Of a stretch of 64,000 nucleotides of DNA, positions 19,230-28,928 are shown one piece after another (the first letter of the stretch is position 1; every line of letters begins with the position of its first letter). The DNA comes from Candidatus Poribacteria bacterium. Lineage in GTDB: Bacteria; Poribacteria; WGA-4E; PCPOR2b. A model generated the notes under the pieces. The model searched no databases. It was not told the origin of the DNA and worked only from the letters and a program-made list of their open reading frames with translations. A program made the translations under genes and the position numbers. Location of the stretch: NCBI GenBank assembly GCA_965218095.1, contig OZ244587.1:128001-192000 (forward strand). The letters are read 5' to 3'.

Positions 19230-20189
19230 TTATGTGATTGTTTCCAATGCCTGCTCTATTTCCGGCGTAAACACCTGTTTCAGTTTTAGCAGATTCTCAA
19301 TGTGCCATTCTCGAATTTCTTCTAACTCACTACCGGACGACTCAATGACACCATCACGATATACAGCAATCCTAGAAATTACATCTTTATCTTGGCGCTC
19401 CCATTCAAGTTCGCTACCAAAACTGGAGGTGATTTCTGCCTGCCGCTTTCTTAGAGCATCAAAGAGATTCTTGTTTTCTTTTTGGGATCCTTGACCGATG
19501 TATATGCCCGTCCGCACCTTCCCTCTCTGTGTAAACCTCACCTCATAATAAATAGACATCCCTTGAATGCCGGACGAAAAATAGTGGCGATTTCGTGGCT
19601 GGGCAGTACACGCTCCTGTGAAATTATGATTCTCGCTTAGTTCATCAATAAGTGCTTGGAAATATGCTTTATACTTCTCCCCTTTAGGCGATCTGTTCGT
19701 TGATTTACTCTGTCGCTGGGACTTTTGCCATTCATTGGGAAAGACGACCGGTTTGAAGTCAAAGGCTGGCTTTGAATCGTCGATTTTCAGGACTTCTACT
19801 ACGACAGCAAAAAAGTGTGTCTCTGTATCAGTTCTTTGATTTAACCATTCCAATGCTTGGCGGTGTTCATCCCTAATTACCTCGGAAATCCAAACGACAG
19901 TTGAAGCATCAAAGCCGGCAGCATAGGTAAGGAGCTTACCGAGATGGTCATGATCGGTTTGGGTCAACTGGTTTTCAATAATGACCGTTCTCGAGCTACC
20001 CAAGTCCTTGGCTAAAAGATCGAGAGAGAAATCACCGACTGACGCTTCTCTGTCTGTAATCTCCAGTTCAAGTCCAAGGACATTGCCCAACGCTTCGATA
20101 TTTGATGCCAGCCACGGTGTGAAGTCGTTCGGTTCATGTGACCATATTTCACGCAATGGGATTTTCTTCAATTCACCAAAGTTATTCAT
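19230..20189 (-). CDS. DUF4268-domain protein with an N-terminal PD-(D/E)xK-like endonuclease region
   Basis: LREIW.HE..DFTPWL, VGDFSLDLL, IIENQL..TDHDHLGKLLTYAAG, FGSELEWE...SRI. Confidence 0.8.
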   Translation of the reverse strand: MNNFGELKKIPLREIWSHEPNDFTPWLASNIEALGNVLGLELEITDREASVGDFSLDLLAKDLGSSRTVIIENQLTQTDHDHLGKLLTYAAGFDASTVVWISEVIRDEHRQALEWLNQRTDTETHFFAVVVEVLKIDDSKPAFDFKPVVFPNEWQKSQRQSKSTNRSPKGEKYKAYFQALIDELSENHNFTGACTAQPRNRHYFSSGIQGMSIYYEVRFTQRGKVRTGIYIGQGSQKENKNLFDALRKRQAEITSSFGSELEWERQDKDVISRIAVYRDGVIESSGSELEEIREWHIENLLKLKQVFTPEIEQALETIT

Positions 20190-20253
20190 TTCGTCAGCTT
20201 CCTTTCATTCATGTAACTCTTGATTATGCGGAGTTTTGCATATAAACGGATGG

Positions 20254-20577
20254 TTAGGATTTTACACGCACCACTTGCCCATTTTTGAGCGTTTTCAACA
20301 CCACATTAACTTGAGAAATCAGCGGTGCGAGCTCTTCAAAACGGTTACTCTCAGCTTCCAGCAATACAATCCCCATATTAATCTCGCCCAAGTTTTGCTG
20401 ATTGGGAATGCCCCCATCCATTGTGATGAAGGCATCAAACTCAGCCGCAGCGATTCTCAACAGTTCACCATTCCCCTTTCCCCGCCAACCCCGATAGCCA
20501 ACTGTGACCGCTTCGATGTTGTCTTCAAAAAGTCGCCTCAGTTTGTAGGGCAGATTCTCATCACGCAGCACGCGCAT
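20254..20577 (-). CDS. DUF5615 PIN-like toxin
   Basis: MRVLRDENLP, TVGYRGWRGKGNGELL, FITMD, QQNL. Confidence 0.8.
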   Translation of the reverse strand: MRVLRDENLPYKLRRLFEDNIEAVTVGYRGWRGKGNGELLRIAAAEFDAFITMDGGIPNQQNLGEINMGIVLLEAESNRFEELAPLISQVNVVLKTLKNGQVVRVKS

Positions 20578-20776
20578 CAGCGACCTCCAGCGTCAGTTTC
20601 AAGTACGCGACCACTTGCTCACGAGATACTGTTGGAAAGTCATCAAGGAACTGATTGAGTGAATCCCCTGCTGTTAGATGCTGAATCAAACTCTCAACCG
20701 GAACGCGGGTGCCAGCGAAAACCAGGGCACCATTTATCACCTTTGGGTTGCGCGAAACAATTTGTTCTTTCTTCAT
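20561..20776 (-). CDS. DUF433 antitoxin
   Basis: MKKEQIVSRNP..NGALVFAGTRVPV..FLDDFPTVSREQV; overlaps the PIN gene. Confidence 0.85.
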   Translation of the reverse strand: MKKEQIVSRNPKVINGALVFAGTRVPVESLIQHLTAGDSLNQFLDDFPTVSREQVVAYLKLTLEVADARAA

Positions 20777-20814
20777 TGGTGAAATCTCCTCGAATCCGAT
20801 ATAAGTCCTCCCCT

Positions 20815-23800
20815 TTAACTGGTCTGAAACTGACACAAATTGACATCCACCCACGTCACAGGGTATTGCTTCAAACTTTGCATCAACCCCTTGCGTTCGT
20901 ACATTTGCACGCGTTCCTGTTTTGCCGCACGATGCGCTTCTTTGGTAAACTCTCGATTCGTAATGACCACAGGTTGAAAGGTTGTATCGTATTTTTCTTC
21001 ATAAAATGGTTTTGCCGCGATAATCTCGTTCACAGCATCGTTTCCCGGTTTCGCACCCTCTTGACGCTGTTTGACCTGTATCAGAAGTCCAGAGTTTTCT
21101 CCCTGATGCGGGTGAGCGATGACATCCGCGCCTTTGTCGCCTGAATAGGGTGTTAAGCCAACGCGATATCCCTGCTTTTCAAAAAGAGCGGCAACAAAGA
21201 CCTCGAATGATTTAGGTTCCAGTCCGTCAATATCTTCTATCGTCAACGATGGACCACTTTCCTGTTCAGGTTGAGTTGGCTGCAAACGGGTTAGAATCTC
21301 TGCGGGTTTCACTTCGGCTCGTTCCGTTGGGAAGAGTGTGCCTTGTGAAAGTTCGCGTTTTCGTTCCAGAAGTTCGTGCAGGATGACATCAAATGTTTGA
21401 AACTCCGGATGGGTGGCCATTGGCAGGTAGATGTGCACGGGCCTCGTTTGTCCGATGCGGTAGACTCGGTCACTCGCCTGATCTTCTTTGGCGGGATTCC
21501 ACCAGCGGCTATAGTGAATGACATGGTTCGCTTCGGTGATGTTGAGACCAACGCCAGCGGCGAGTGGAGACATGATGATGGCGTTGAAACCCGGAATCGC
21601 TTGGAAACGATCAACAGCTTGTTGACGACTCATCTTCATCGAACTCTCCCTTTGTGTACTTCCTGGGGTATCGCCATTGACAATAGAAACGTTCTCCAAG
21701 CCGAACTGTTCTCGAATCACATGGGCTAAAAGATGTTGGGTCTTTCGACGTTCCGCGAACAGAATCACCTTTTCGTCTGCACGAGTGATCTTTTCAAGAA
21801 GTTTTACCGTCACTATAAGTTTTGCTGATTGTTCAATTAACGTAGGAATAGGAACTTGTTCCCACTGGGAATCGGCTAATAATGGATGGTCGGAGATGTC
21901 GCGTAGCTGGTGCAGCACTTGCAGGATACGGTTACGTGATGGCACCTCTGCTGATTCGCTCTCTTGTGTGGATTGAAGCGCAGCCTGATAGCGTCTCACC
22001 TGTTCAGATGGCATCTTTTCTTGGCACTCTTCGACATGGATATGTTTTTCGGGAAGTTCCTTGAGGATATCAGATTTTAACCGTCTTTTGAGATGAACGC
22101 CGATGCGCTCCCGAACCTGCTCACCGAGTGCGCGAATGTCAGTTTCAGGATTCTCAAGGGGAAGGCAAAAGTTACGGTTAAAACTTTTCGCACTGTCAAG
22201 ATAGCCCGGTGCAACAAAATCAGTAATACACCATAAATCCATCAATGAGTTTTCGACAGGTGTTCCCGTCAGTGCGAGCCGAAAATCGGTTTTGAGTGCT
22301 TTCAAGGCGTTTGTGACGAGCGTCCCCGGTGTTTTGATGCGTTGTGCTTCGTCAATGACAACGGTCGCCCACGGAATCAAGCCCAAATCCAACTGGAAGT
22401 CGCGGACGGTTTCATAGGTTGTTAGCACCAGATCGGCGGCTCGGAGGCGTTTGACATCAAGCGCACCGCGTCGTTTGCGTAATTCTTGGGGTGGTTCCGC
22501 ACCTTCAATTTCTGGAACATGGAGGTCAGGCGCGTCGGATAGCTCGCACTTGAAGGTTTGCAGTTCCTTTCCGTACAGTGTGATGAAATCCAGTACGCCT
22601 TTGTCAAAAAACTTCGGATATTCCGCCGCCCAATTTTCCAAAAGCGCGATTGGTGCAACGATCAGGTAGGGTTTTCGTTGTGATTCTTGCAAGCGAGATT
22701 TCGCATGATGCCATTCCAGAAAACAGAGCACTTGTAATGTTTTGCCAAGCCCCATGTCATCGGCGAGCAATCCACCGGGATATTTTTTCTCCCAAAGTTG
22801 CTGTGCCCACGCCAGCCCTTCCTCTTGATGCGGCAGAAGTTTACATTCCTGTTTCAGGTTTGGCGGGAGTTCGAGCAGATGCCGAAACGGTTCTTCGATC
22901 GGAGAACCAGATTTTTCAACGTAATCGGGATCCTCTATGTTTTCCTCAATAATTAAGACCGCAGTCTCCGATTTTTCATCCGGTGAGCGCGATGGCTTCT
23001 CCCGATGTTTGAGTTGCTTTTTGATAAAGGGGAGATGTTTCTCAACCTCGGAAACGGGAAGTTTTTTCCCTTCCCATGTTAGATGGGTTTGATCTGCCTG
23101 CTTTGCCGCCTCAATCGCCTGCTGAAGCTCCTCGAGCTCCGCATCGGTTTTAATCTGAATCTTCGTTTGTGTTTCAGACCCATCATCAACCAAGATACCG
23201 GGGATCCACTGACTTTTGTATGGTGAAACGAATGGATAAACCCTCGGTTGGTAGATGCCAATTTCACGGACGCGTTCACTGAAAGAGGGTGTTTCATCCG
23301 TCGGATCCAGTTCAACAACGTCAGGATCGAAATATGCTTGTGGCTCTTTCGCAATTTCTGCAAGTTGTTCGTGGGACACATAACGATAACGCTTAACGGT
23401 CTGCAAGGCTTCTCGCTGTTGCTCTTGGAAGAGAATGCGGGTTCGACCCCCATCAGGTTGAGGCAGATTATACGTGGTTTCAGGATTCGGAAATTTGTCA
23501 AAAACCTCTTCAAATTTTTCGCTGTCAACCCCAGCTACGTCAGGGATAATCCCAACGGTATCGCCTGACTCGCGTAGGCGCAAGCGAACGGTTTTCGGTG
23601 CGACAACCTCCTCTTGGTTCAGGTAAAGTTCTAGTTCAACCCCGGTTTGGTTCGCAAGCCCTTTGATTTTTGCAAATTCGAGCAGATTGGATTGAAAACT
23701 TTTGTCCACTGCTTCTCGTCTATTGAACGCGTCCAATTCCTCCAAAAGGACGAACTGTTCGTATGTGAGGAGATACGCCCACTTCTCTGTCAAGCGCAAT

Positions 23801-24204
23801 ATACAGCCGATCCGCTCTGGATGCAAGGACTTTCGATCCGGTTTCAGGAACTGATAATTGTACCGAAACTCCGGCTCGTTGAGCGTACCGAATGAGCGAA
23901 TCTCAAGATCGAACGGATACGGCTCTGGTAAACCGAGCAGCTCCTGTTCAACGGAATCGAGGCGACACACCTCATCAGATGGAAGGTGAATCCCCATGCC
24001 TGACGATTCTGCTTGGCCGTTATCGAACAACTCCTTGAGCAACAACCATTGTGCCTGCGCCTGATATGCCTCTGTTGGCAGATTGTCCGCGTATTCGGAC
24101 AGAGAAAGGTGGTCCGACGGAGCTATAAACTGAATGCCCGTCGGCCCCTCCTGCCAGTCAAATTGTAGCGATTCAGATTGACTTTTTCGGAATAGATTTA
24201 ACAT
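20815..24204 (-). CDS. zorD: Zorya ZorD: SNF2 helicase with a C-terminal Mrr-like nuclease
   Basis: GLLADDMGLGKT, DEAQRIK, TGTPVEN, WWNPAKEDQASDRVYRIGQ, GDKGADVI..IQVK. Last gene of the zorABC operon. Confidence 0.9.
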   Translation of the reverse strand: MLNLFRKSQSESLQFDWQEGPTGIQFIAPSDHLSLSEYADNLPTEAYQAQAQWLLLKELFDNGQAESSGMGIHLPSDEVCRLDSVEQELLGLPEPYPFDLEIRSFGTLNEPEFRYNYQFLKPDRKSLHPERIGCILRLTEKWAYLLTYEQFVLLEELDAFNRREAVDKSFQSNLLEFAKIKGLANQTGVELELYLNQEEVVAPKTVRLRLRESGDTVGIIPDVAGVDSEKFEEVFDKFPNPETTYNLPQPDGGRTRILFQEQQREALQTVKRYRYVSHEQLAEIAKEPQAYFDPDVVELDPTDETPSFSERVREIGIYQPRVYPFVSPYKSQWIPGILVDDGSETQTKIQIKTDAELEELQQAIEAAKQADQTHLTWEGKKLPVSEVEKHLPFIKKQLKHREKPSRSPDEKSETAVLIIEENIEDPDYVEKSGSPIEEPFRHLLELPPNLKQECKLLPHQEEGLAWAQQLWEKKYPGGLLADDMGLGKTLQVLCFLEWHHAKSRLQESQRKPYLIVAPIALLENWAAEYPKFFDKGVLDFITLYGKELQTFKCELSDAPDLHVPEIEGAEPPQELRKRRGALDVKRLRAADLVLTTYETVRDFQLDLGLIPWATVVIDEAQRIKTPGTLVTNALKALKTDFRLALTGTPVENSLMDLWCITDFVAPGYLDSAKSFNRNFCLPLENPETDIRALGEQVRERIGVHLKRRLKSDILKELPEKHIHVEECQEKMPSEQVRRYQAALQSTQESESAEVPSRNRILQVLHQLRDISDHPLLADSQWEQVPIPTLIEQSAKLIVTVKLLEKITRADEKVILFAERRKTQHLLAHVIREQFGLENVSIVNGDTPGSTQRESSMKMSRQQAVDRFQAIPGFNAIIMSPLAAGVGLNITEANHVIHYSRWWNPAKEDQASDRVYRIGQTRPVHIYLPMATHPEFQTFDVILHELLERKRELSQGTLFPTERAEVKPAEILTRLQPTQPEQESGPSLTIEDIDGLEPKSFEVFVAALFEKQGYRVGLTPYSGDKGADVIAHPHQGENSGLLIQVKQRQEGAKPGNDAVNEIIAAKPFYEEKYDTTFQPVVITNREFTKEAHRAAKQERVQMYERKGLMQSLKQYPVTWVDVNLCQFQTS

Positions 24205-24209
24205 CGGAA

Positions 24210-25637
24210 CTACCTTGTGTTGTAATCAAACGACGATAACTCTAATTCCTCTAACTGATAACTTCGCAACGGCTCAATCTCCAGCTCACTATTTATCCAC
24301 GATGCCAATCTTTCTTGCCAAGAATAGTTCTCTGAATAGGAGTGACTCACACGATGTTTCGCCAACCGCTGATTACGTAACGTATTACGGGGATAAGTAT
24401 CCATCGTATACTCCGAGGCGTCCAAACGAAATGGTAGTTTGGAATTTTCATAGACATAGCACGCTGCATTTGTACTAAATTCGACAAAGGTATGGTCGCC
24501 CATCTGAATGATGAAAGCATGCTGATCACTGCTACCACCGTTTAGAGGCGCAATACTCTGTTTTTGCTCTTGGTAATAGGGATCGTTTCTAAACAGATAT
24601 TCGGCGTTTTGACGCAACACCGGACGACAGAAGGTAATGTGTTCAAGATACGCTAGCCAAAACGCTTTTCGGTAGGCAAATTTGTTATCGTCGCAGGCTT
24701 TGGCGACGACATCGAAAAAAAAGCGGAGATCCTCTTTTGTAATCCATCTCGTAAAAATCTGTTTCGCTTTATCAGGGACATCGCGCCAACGCACGGCCCC
24801 GCCAGTAATTCGTGGGTCACCCCATTCTCGAAGAACGTAGGATTGAAGGGGTTGCCGCAAGTGTTCAGACGCATCATATCCAAGGCTCTTAATAAGTTTG
24901 GACAAAACAGCACGGCTCGTTTTATCGTTATTGTGTTTTTCAACAAATTTGACAACATCTACAACAGTCTCCCGATCGGCGCGGCGGTTGGGCGGAATAT
25001 ACGCCTCCGCAACAACACCAAAGTAGGAATAGCTGTGCGTATGGTCGGGTAATTCGAGGATTGACCAGACATCTGACAGCTTTACCCGTGAACGCAGCAG
25101 CTTCATTTCAGCAAGTTGAGTCGCGCTGTTCTCCTCGCAATACCACATCATATTTGCTTTCAGTTTCTGAACAAATTTCCGACGCCCCTTGTAACCGATC
25201 AGATGTCTTCTGACAAACGCGCGCAGCCTCCCTGCATTTGGGGTATCCCATGCTTGCAACAGGGCATCGAAAACGCCGAGCAGTGCGCTGATGCGAAAAT
25301 GGTTTTCTATGAGCTGAAGTGCATCGCTAAGTTGCGGTGTGTCCACAATGCGAGGTAATCTACCTTCGGAGTAGGTAAGCGCCCATGCAAGTTGTCGGGT
25401 CCGTCTCAGTGAGTCAAATTCAGTGTGGAGCCTTCTGATTCGGTTCGCTTGGATGAAGCGGTGGTAAATCTGGCGAATAGTTTCCGGATCGGGCGGTTTG
25501 GACTTACCATCATGGTCTTTGACAATTTTTTCCAAAATAGCAAGTGTCTCTGGGGGGATTGCCATTGGCTTCGGCGCACGACGCGCGAATGCGCCGGCAT
25601 CAAAATCGAATTGAAGCAGCTTTTTAGCGGAATTCAC
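24210..25637 (-). CDS. zorC: Zorya ZorC (EH-signature domain)
   Basis: WGDPR..W, YRKAFWLAYL, AFIIQMGDHTFVEFSTNAACYVY, SH...WQ. Located between zorB and zorD. Confidence 0.85.
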   Translation of the reverse strand: MNSAKKLLQFDFDAGAFARRAPKPMAIPPETLAILEKIVKDHDGKSKPPDPETIRQIYHRFIQANRIRRLHTEFDSLRRTRQLAWALTYSEGRLPRIVDTPQLSDALQLIENHFRISALLGVFDALLQAWDTPNAGRLRAFVRRHLIGYKGRRKFVQKLKANMMWYCEENSATQLAEMKLLRSRVKLSDVWSILELPDHTHSYSYFGVVAEAYIPPNRRADRETVVDVVKFVEKHNNDKTSRAVLSKLIKSLGYDASEHLRQPLQSYVLREWGDPRITGGAVRWRDVPDKAKQIFTRWITKEDLRFFFDVVAKACDDNKFAYRKAFWLAYLEHITFCRPVLRQNAEYLFRNDPYYQEQKQSIAPLNGGSSDQHAFIIQMGDHTFVEFSTNAACYVYENSKLPFRLDASEYTMDTYPRNTLRNQRLAKHRVSHSYSENYSWQERLASWINSELEIEPLRSYQLEELELSSFDYNTR

Positions 25638-26335
25638 AGTTTCCCTCCGATAATGTTGTAGAGCAGTTTTTCTGCGTTTATCCGTACTCGAAATTCTACT
25701 CGTCTTGATTCTTCTGGAATTTCTCTGTCATCCGGATCGCGAATCAACTTGCTTGAAGATAAGCCGTTGGCAGTCAAGTGTCGCTTTAGCCAGTCCTTAA
25801 TCTTTTGACTTTGTCCGATTGATGAAATTTGCAACACATATTCGAGAACACTTCTGGTACGCCCCTGCGAAAGTTCCATATTACGGATATAAGCCGCTTC
25901 CGAGCTCACGCCCTGCCATTCGCTTGAAGTGTGTCCTTCAATCCGAATTTCCGCAATGTCATTGATGTATTTGTCCTTTCTTAAAATTTGGATATAGCGA
26001 GGGAAAAAATCATCCAATATGTTCTCAAAGGCAGGTCGAATCTCTGTTTTCCCTGGTTCAAAAAGCACTTCAGGTTCTTTGAACCTAATAGAAAGGGTTT
26101 GCTTATTCAAGAAGGCATTCCATTTATCAAGGTCTTTTTCAAACTCTTCCTTCAGGTCGTCGTGCAGCTCGGACTGTAACTTCGTGTAAGTATCAACGAT
26201 TTCCGACAAGTTCAACATGACGAAAGAGAGCAAAAGCACGAAGATCAGCAGCAACCCTGCCATCAAGTCGCCCAACGAAAGACTGAACGGATTTTCGTCT
26301 GAAAGCGTTTTAGATTTGGGAGACATTCTTCGCAT
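25634..26335 (-). CDS. zorB: Zorya ZorB (MotB/OmpA-like)
   Basis: TM segment SLGDLMAGLLLIF; IRIEGHTS, NMELSQGR, SRRVEFR. Confidence 0.92.
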   Translation of the reverse strand: MRRMSPKSKTLSDENPFSLSLGDLMAGLLLIFVLLLSFVMLNLSEIVDTYTKLQSELHDDLKEEFEKDLDKWNAFLNKQTLSIRFKEPEVLFEPGKTEIRPAFENILDDFFPRYIQILRKDKYINDIAEIRIEGHTSSEWQGVSSEAAYIRNMELSQGRTRSVLEYVLQISSIGQSQKIKDWLKRHLTANGLSSSKLIRDPDDREIPEESRRVEFRVRINAEKLLYNIIGGKL

Positions 26336-26346
26336 TATCTACTGCC

Positions 26347-28755
26347 TCACCGACGTGGTAGTCTTTCAATCATATCGACCAAAGTCCCAATATTTTCATT
26401 GAGTGCTTCAACGCTGCCCGCCAGTGCTGTTGATGCTTGAGTTAACTGAACGGAGAAGTCCCTAAGATACGTATTGATAGATTCGCGAGTAGTTGTGGCA
26501 TACTCATCCAATCCCTCCTCAATCTGCTCAAAAATACTCCGCAACCCGTTGTCAATCGTTTGAAAGCGTCGCGTGAAATTGTCAAGCAACTGTTGTGATT
26601 CCTCAAGTGTGGCTTGAATTTGTCTCGTTGTTTCACGATTCGCTGTGAGGTATCTTTCGTTTTCTTGATTAAACGCATTGCTCGCCTGTGTTAGTTGTTG
26701 CCCAGCACTTTCAAGTTGCGTTGCACTTGTCGTCAATTGTCCTGATAACGCCCTAGTTGTCTCGATTAGTTGACGGACGCCTTCTACGCTTGTATTCATC
26801 TGTTCCAATATTTCTCTACTTCTTGTCAGCGTTGCCTGTGAGTTTGTTATCTGTGCGTTGAAGGCTTCGATCTGATCGCCCTGTTGCTGTAAGAGTATGT
26901 TGATACTCTCTTCGGCACCTTGAACGCTTTCATCGAGTCGGATGGCAGCCCGATTAACAAGTTGTTGCATGCGATCTGTTGCTTCAGCAGAGGCTTGCGC
27001 TGTTTGCGAAGTGATTGCGCTGATTGTTTGTTGCTGTTGATTGAGTGTCGAAGTGATTGATTGTCCTAATTCGGCAATCGCTGTTTGAAGTGTTTGAATA
27101 CTCTGATTAGAAACTGTTTCTATATCCGCCATCCGTTGTTCCAACTGCTCGTCTGTCCGATTTGCCACTGACTCTAGCAATTCACGCATCCGATTTGTCA
27201 TTGCCTCAGACTCTGTGGCAGTCTGTGAAGCAGTAGAAGTGATTGATTGTTGCAATTCGGCAATTGCTGTTTGAAGTGTTTGAATACTCTGATTAGAAAC
27301 TGTCTCGATATCCGCCATTCGCTGGGCCAACTGGTCGTCTGTCCGATTTGCCGCTGATTCTAATAGTTCACGCATCCGATTCGTCATTGCCTCGGATTCT
27401 GTGGCGTTCTGTGAAGCGGTAGAAGTGATTGACTGTTGCAATTCGGCAATTGTACTTTGGAGCATTTGAATACTCTGATTTGTTGTCTCAGACAGACCCA
27501 ACTGCTGTGTCTCAATAGTACGCTGAAATGCGTTGAGCACTCCGTCCATCATGCTTCTCATTTGCTCTGTCTGTGTTTCGGCGTTTTCTGCCAACAATTG
27601 ACGAGTCTGATCAATCTGCTCCTGTACACCTCCTATCATTTGTTCCATCTGACCGGGTAAGCTCATCAGACTTTGACTCGCATTGCCAACCGTTCTTGCA
27701 AGTTCTTCCATTTGTGCTGTTGCTGTCCCTGAAAGCGACCTTTGGAATTCCTCAACTAACTGTTCGATAGCCTCTATGGAAGATTGACCTTTGTGCTCAA
27801 GCAGTTTTTCAACGGCAGTGTTCAAACGAGTAAGACTCGGTTCCAATGCATTGCTGAAGTCTTTGGGGGCGTTGCGGAGTCCCTGAATAATCTCTTGTCT
27901 TTCCCCCATATTCTGTTTGTGCCACCCCGTTAGACTGTCATGCAAATTGTCCAATCGCTTGGACATAATGTCACCCATGTCTTTTTTTATCCGGTCCGCT
28001 AGGTCTGTCGAAAATGATTTAAGTGCCGCTGTCTGTTGCTCAAGTTCGTCTTTTTGTTTCTCTGCGATCTCTGCTTGCGTTTTCAGTGTAAACGGTAGAT
28101 CGAGCGCGCGTTGTAAGTCCGCAATTACCCGACTTACCCTGCCGATGCCCCACTTCTCCAATCCATTGAACAAGAGCGAAGCGAGCATTCCCCAAACGGA
28201 GGTCACAAATGCCGTTGATACCCCCGATAGGAGTTCTCTGATTGCACTCTGAATTTGCTCTGTCTGTGTAAAGTCAATGCCAGAAAAGGGAATCAACCCC
28301 CAAACCAACCCGACAAAGGTACCAAGGATCCCCAACCCGACTAACAAAGCAGACACACTATTCCAAAAGCGAAGGTTTAAATGTTGTTCCAACAAACGTT
28401 CTTCGCTGAAGAAAAGCGATGCTTCGTCCGTTTTGTACACCACTTTACGACGCTCGGGTGTAATGAGTGACTCCTTAAACTCCTGCCACGCCTTCTTAAA
28501 AAATTCATCGTTGCGCTCAAACGTCTCCTCTAAGTCGTTCAGAATATTCGGATCCGCAGGTCTGCCGTATTTGTCACCCAAATTATCCACTTCCTTGGTT
28601 AAATCACCAATTAAGCGAGTTCGGCGAATGGTTTTCCAGAGGAAAATCCCCAAAAGAATGATGAAGAATAGAAGGATGCCGTAAACAAAAAAGTCCGAAA
28701 TCTGGTCATTGGTAGCCTCCCGCCATGGGAGTAGTAGCTTAAGAAATTCGTTCAT
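26347..28755 (-). CDS. zorA: Zorya ZorA (MotA/TolQ-like TMs plus a long helical tail)
   Basis: LVGLGILGTFVGLVWG, LLSGVSTAFVTSVWG; about 570 aa of Gln/Thr-rich coiled tail. Confidence 0.92.
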   Translation of the reverse strand: MNEFLKLLLPWREATNDQISDFFVYGILLFFIILLGIFLWKTIRRTRLIGDLTKEVDNLGDKYGRPADPNILNDLEETFERNDEFFKKAWQEFKESLITPERRKVVYKTDEASLFFSEERLLEQHLNLRFWNSVSALLVGLGILGTFVGLVWGLIPFSGIDFTQTEQIQSAIRELLSGVSTAFVTSVWGMLASLLFNGLEKWGIGRVSRVIADLQRALDLPFTLKTQAEIAEKQKDELEQQTAALKSFSTDLADRIKKDMGDIMSKRLDNLHDSLTGWHKQNMGERQEIIQGLRNAPKDFSNALEPSLTRLNTAVEKLLEHKGQSSIEAIEQLVEEFQRSLSGTATAQMEELARTVGNASQSLMSLPGQMEQMIGGVQEQIDQTRQLLAENAETQTEQMRSMMDGVLNAFQRTIETQQLGLSETTNQSIQMLQSTIAELQQSITSTASQNATESEAMTNRMRELLESAANRTDDQLAQRMADIETVSNQSIQTLQTAIAELQQSITSTASQTATESEAMTNRMRELLESVANRTDEQLEQRMADIETVSNQSIQTLQTAIAELGQSITSTLNQQQQTISAITSQTAQASAEATDRMQQLVNRAAIRLDESVQGAEESINILLQQQGDQIEAFNAQITNSQATLTRSREILEQMNTSVEGVRQLIETTRALSGQLTTSATQLESAGQQLTQASNAFNQENERYLTANRETTRQIQATLEESQQLLDNFTRRFQTIDNGLRSIFEQIEEGLDEYATTTRESINTYLRDFSVQLTQASTALAGSVEALNENIGTLVDMIERLPRR
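27050..27480 (-). repeat. 186-bp (62-aa) tandem repeat, about 2.3 copies, in the ZorA tail
   Basis: GAAGTGATTGA recurs at 27050, 27236 and 27422. Protein unit: SNQSIQTLQTAIAELQQSITSTASQ.ATESEAMTNRMRELLES.ANRTD.QL.QRMADIETV. Confidence 0.9.
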
Positions 28756-28928
28756 ATAAGTTGCCTGATTGGAGGTTTTTGGGTATTTCCCGGTTATCTA
28801 AAATTTCAAGCCTGCACAGTGATTGTGTTTGCGTCAAAGTAGAGAGAAGGGCTCACGCCTCTTCCTTGAGTTACTTGGCAAACCCCAGCAGACAGGTTTA
28901 GGCCCCTCGCTTACGCTTGGAGAGTCCA

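Noticed and set aside
27050-27480. CRISPR-like array
   Set aside because: The repeats are contiguous 186-bp in-frame coding units without unique spacers; no cas genes are present.
25634-28755. Flagellar MotA/MotB or a chemotaxis receptor
   Set aside because: The long tail, the downstream EH-signature and SNF2/Mrr genes, and the absence of flagellar genes indicate ZorA/ZorB.
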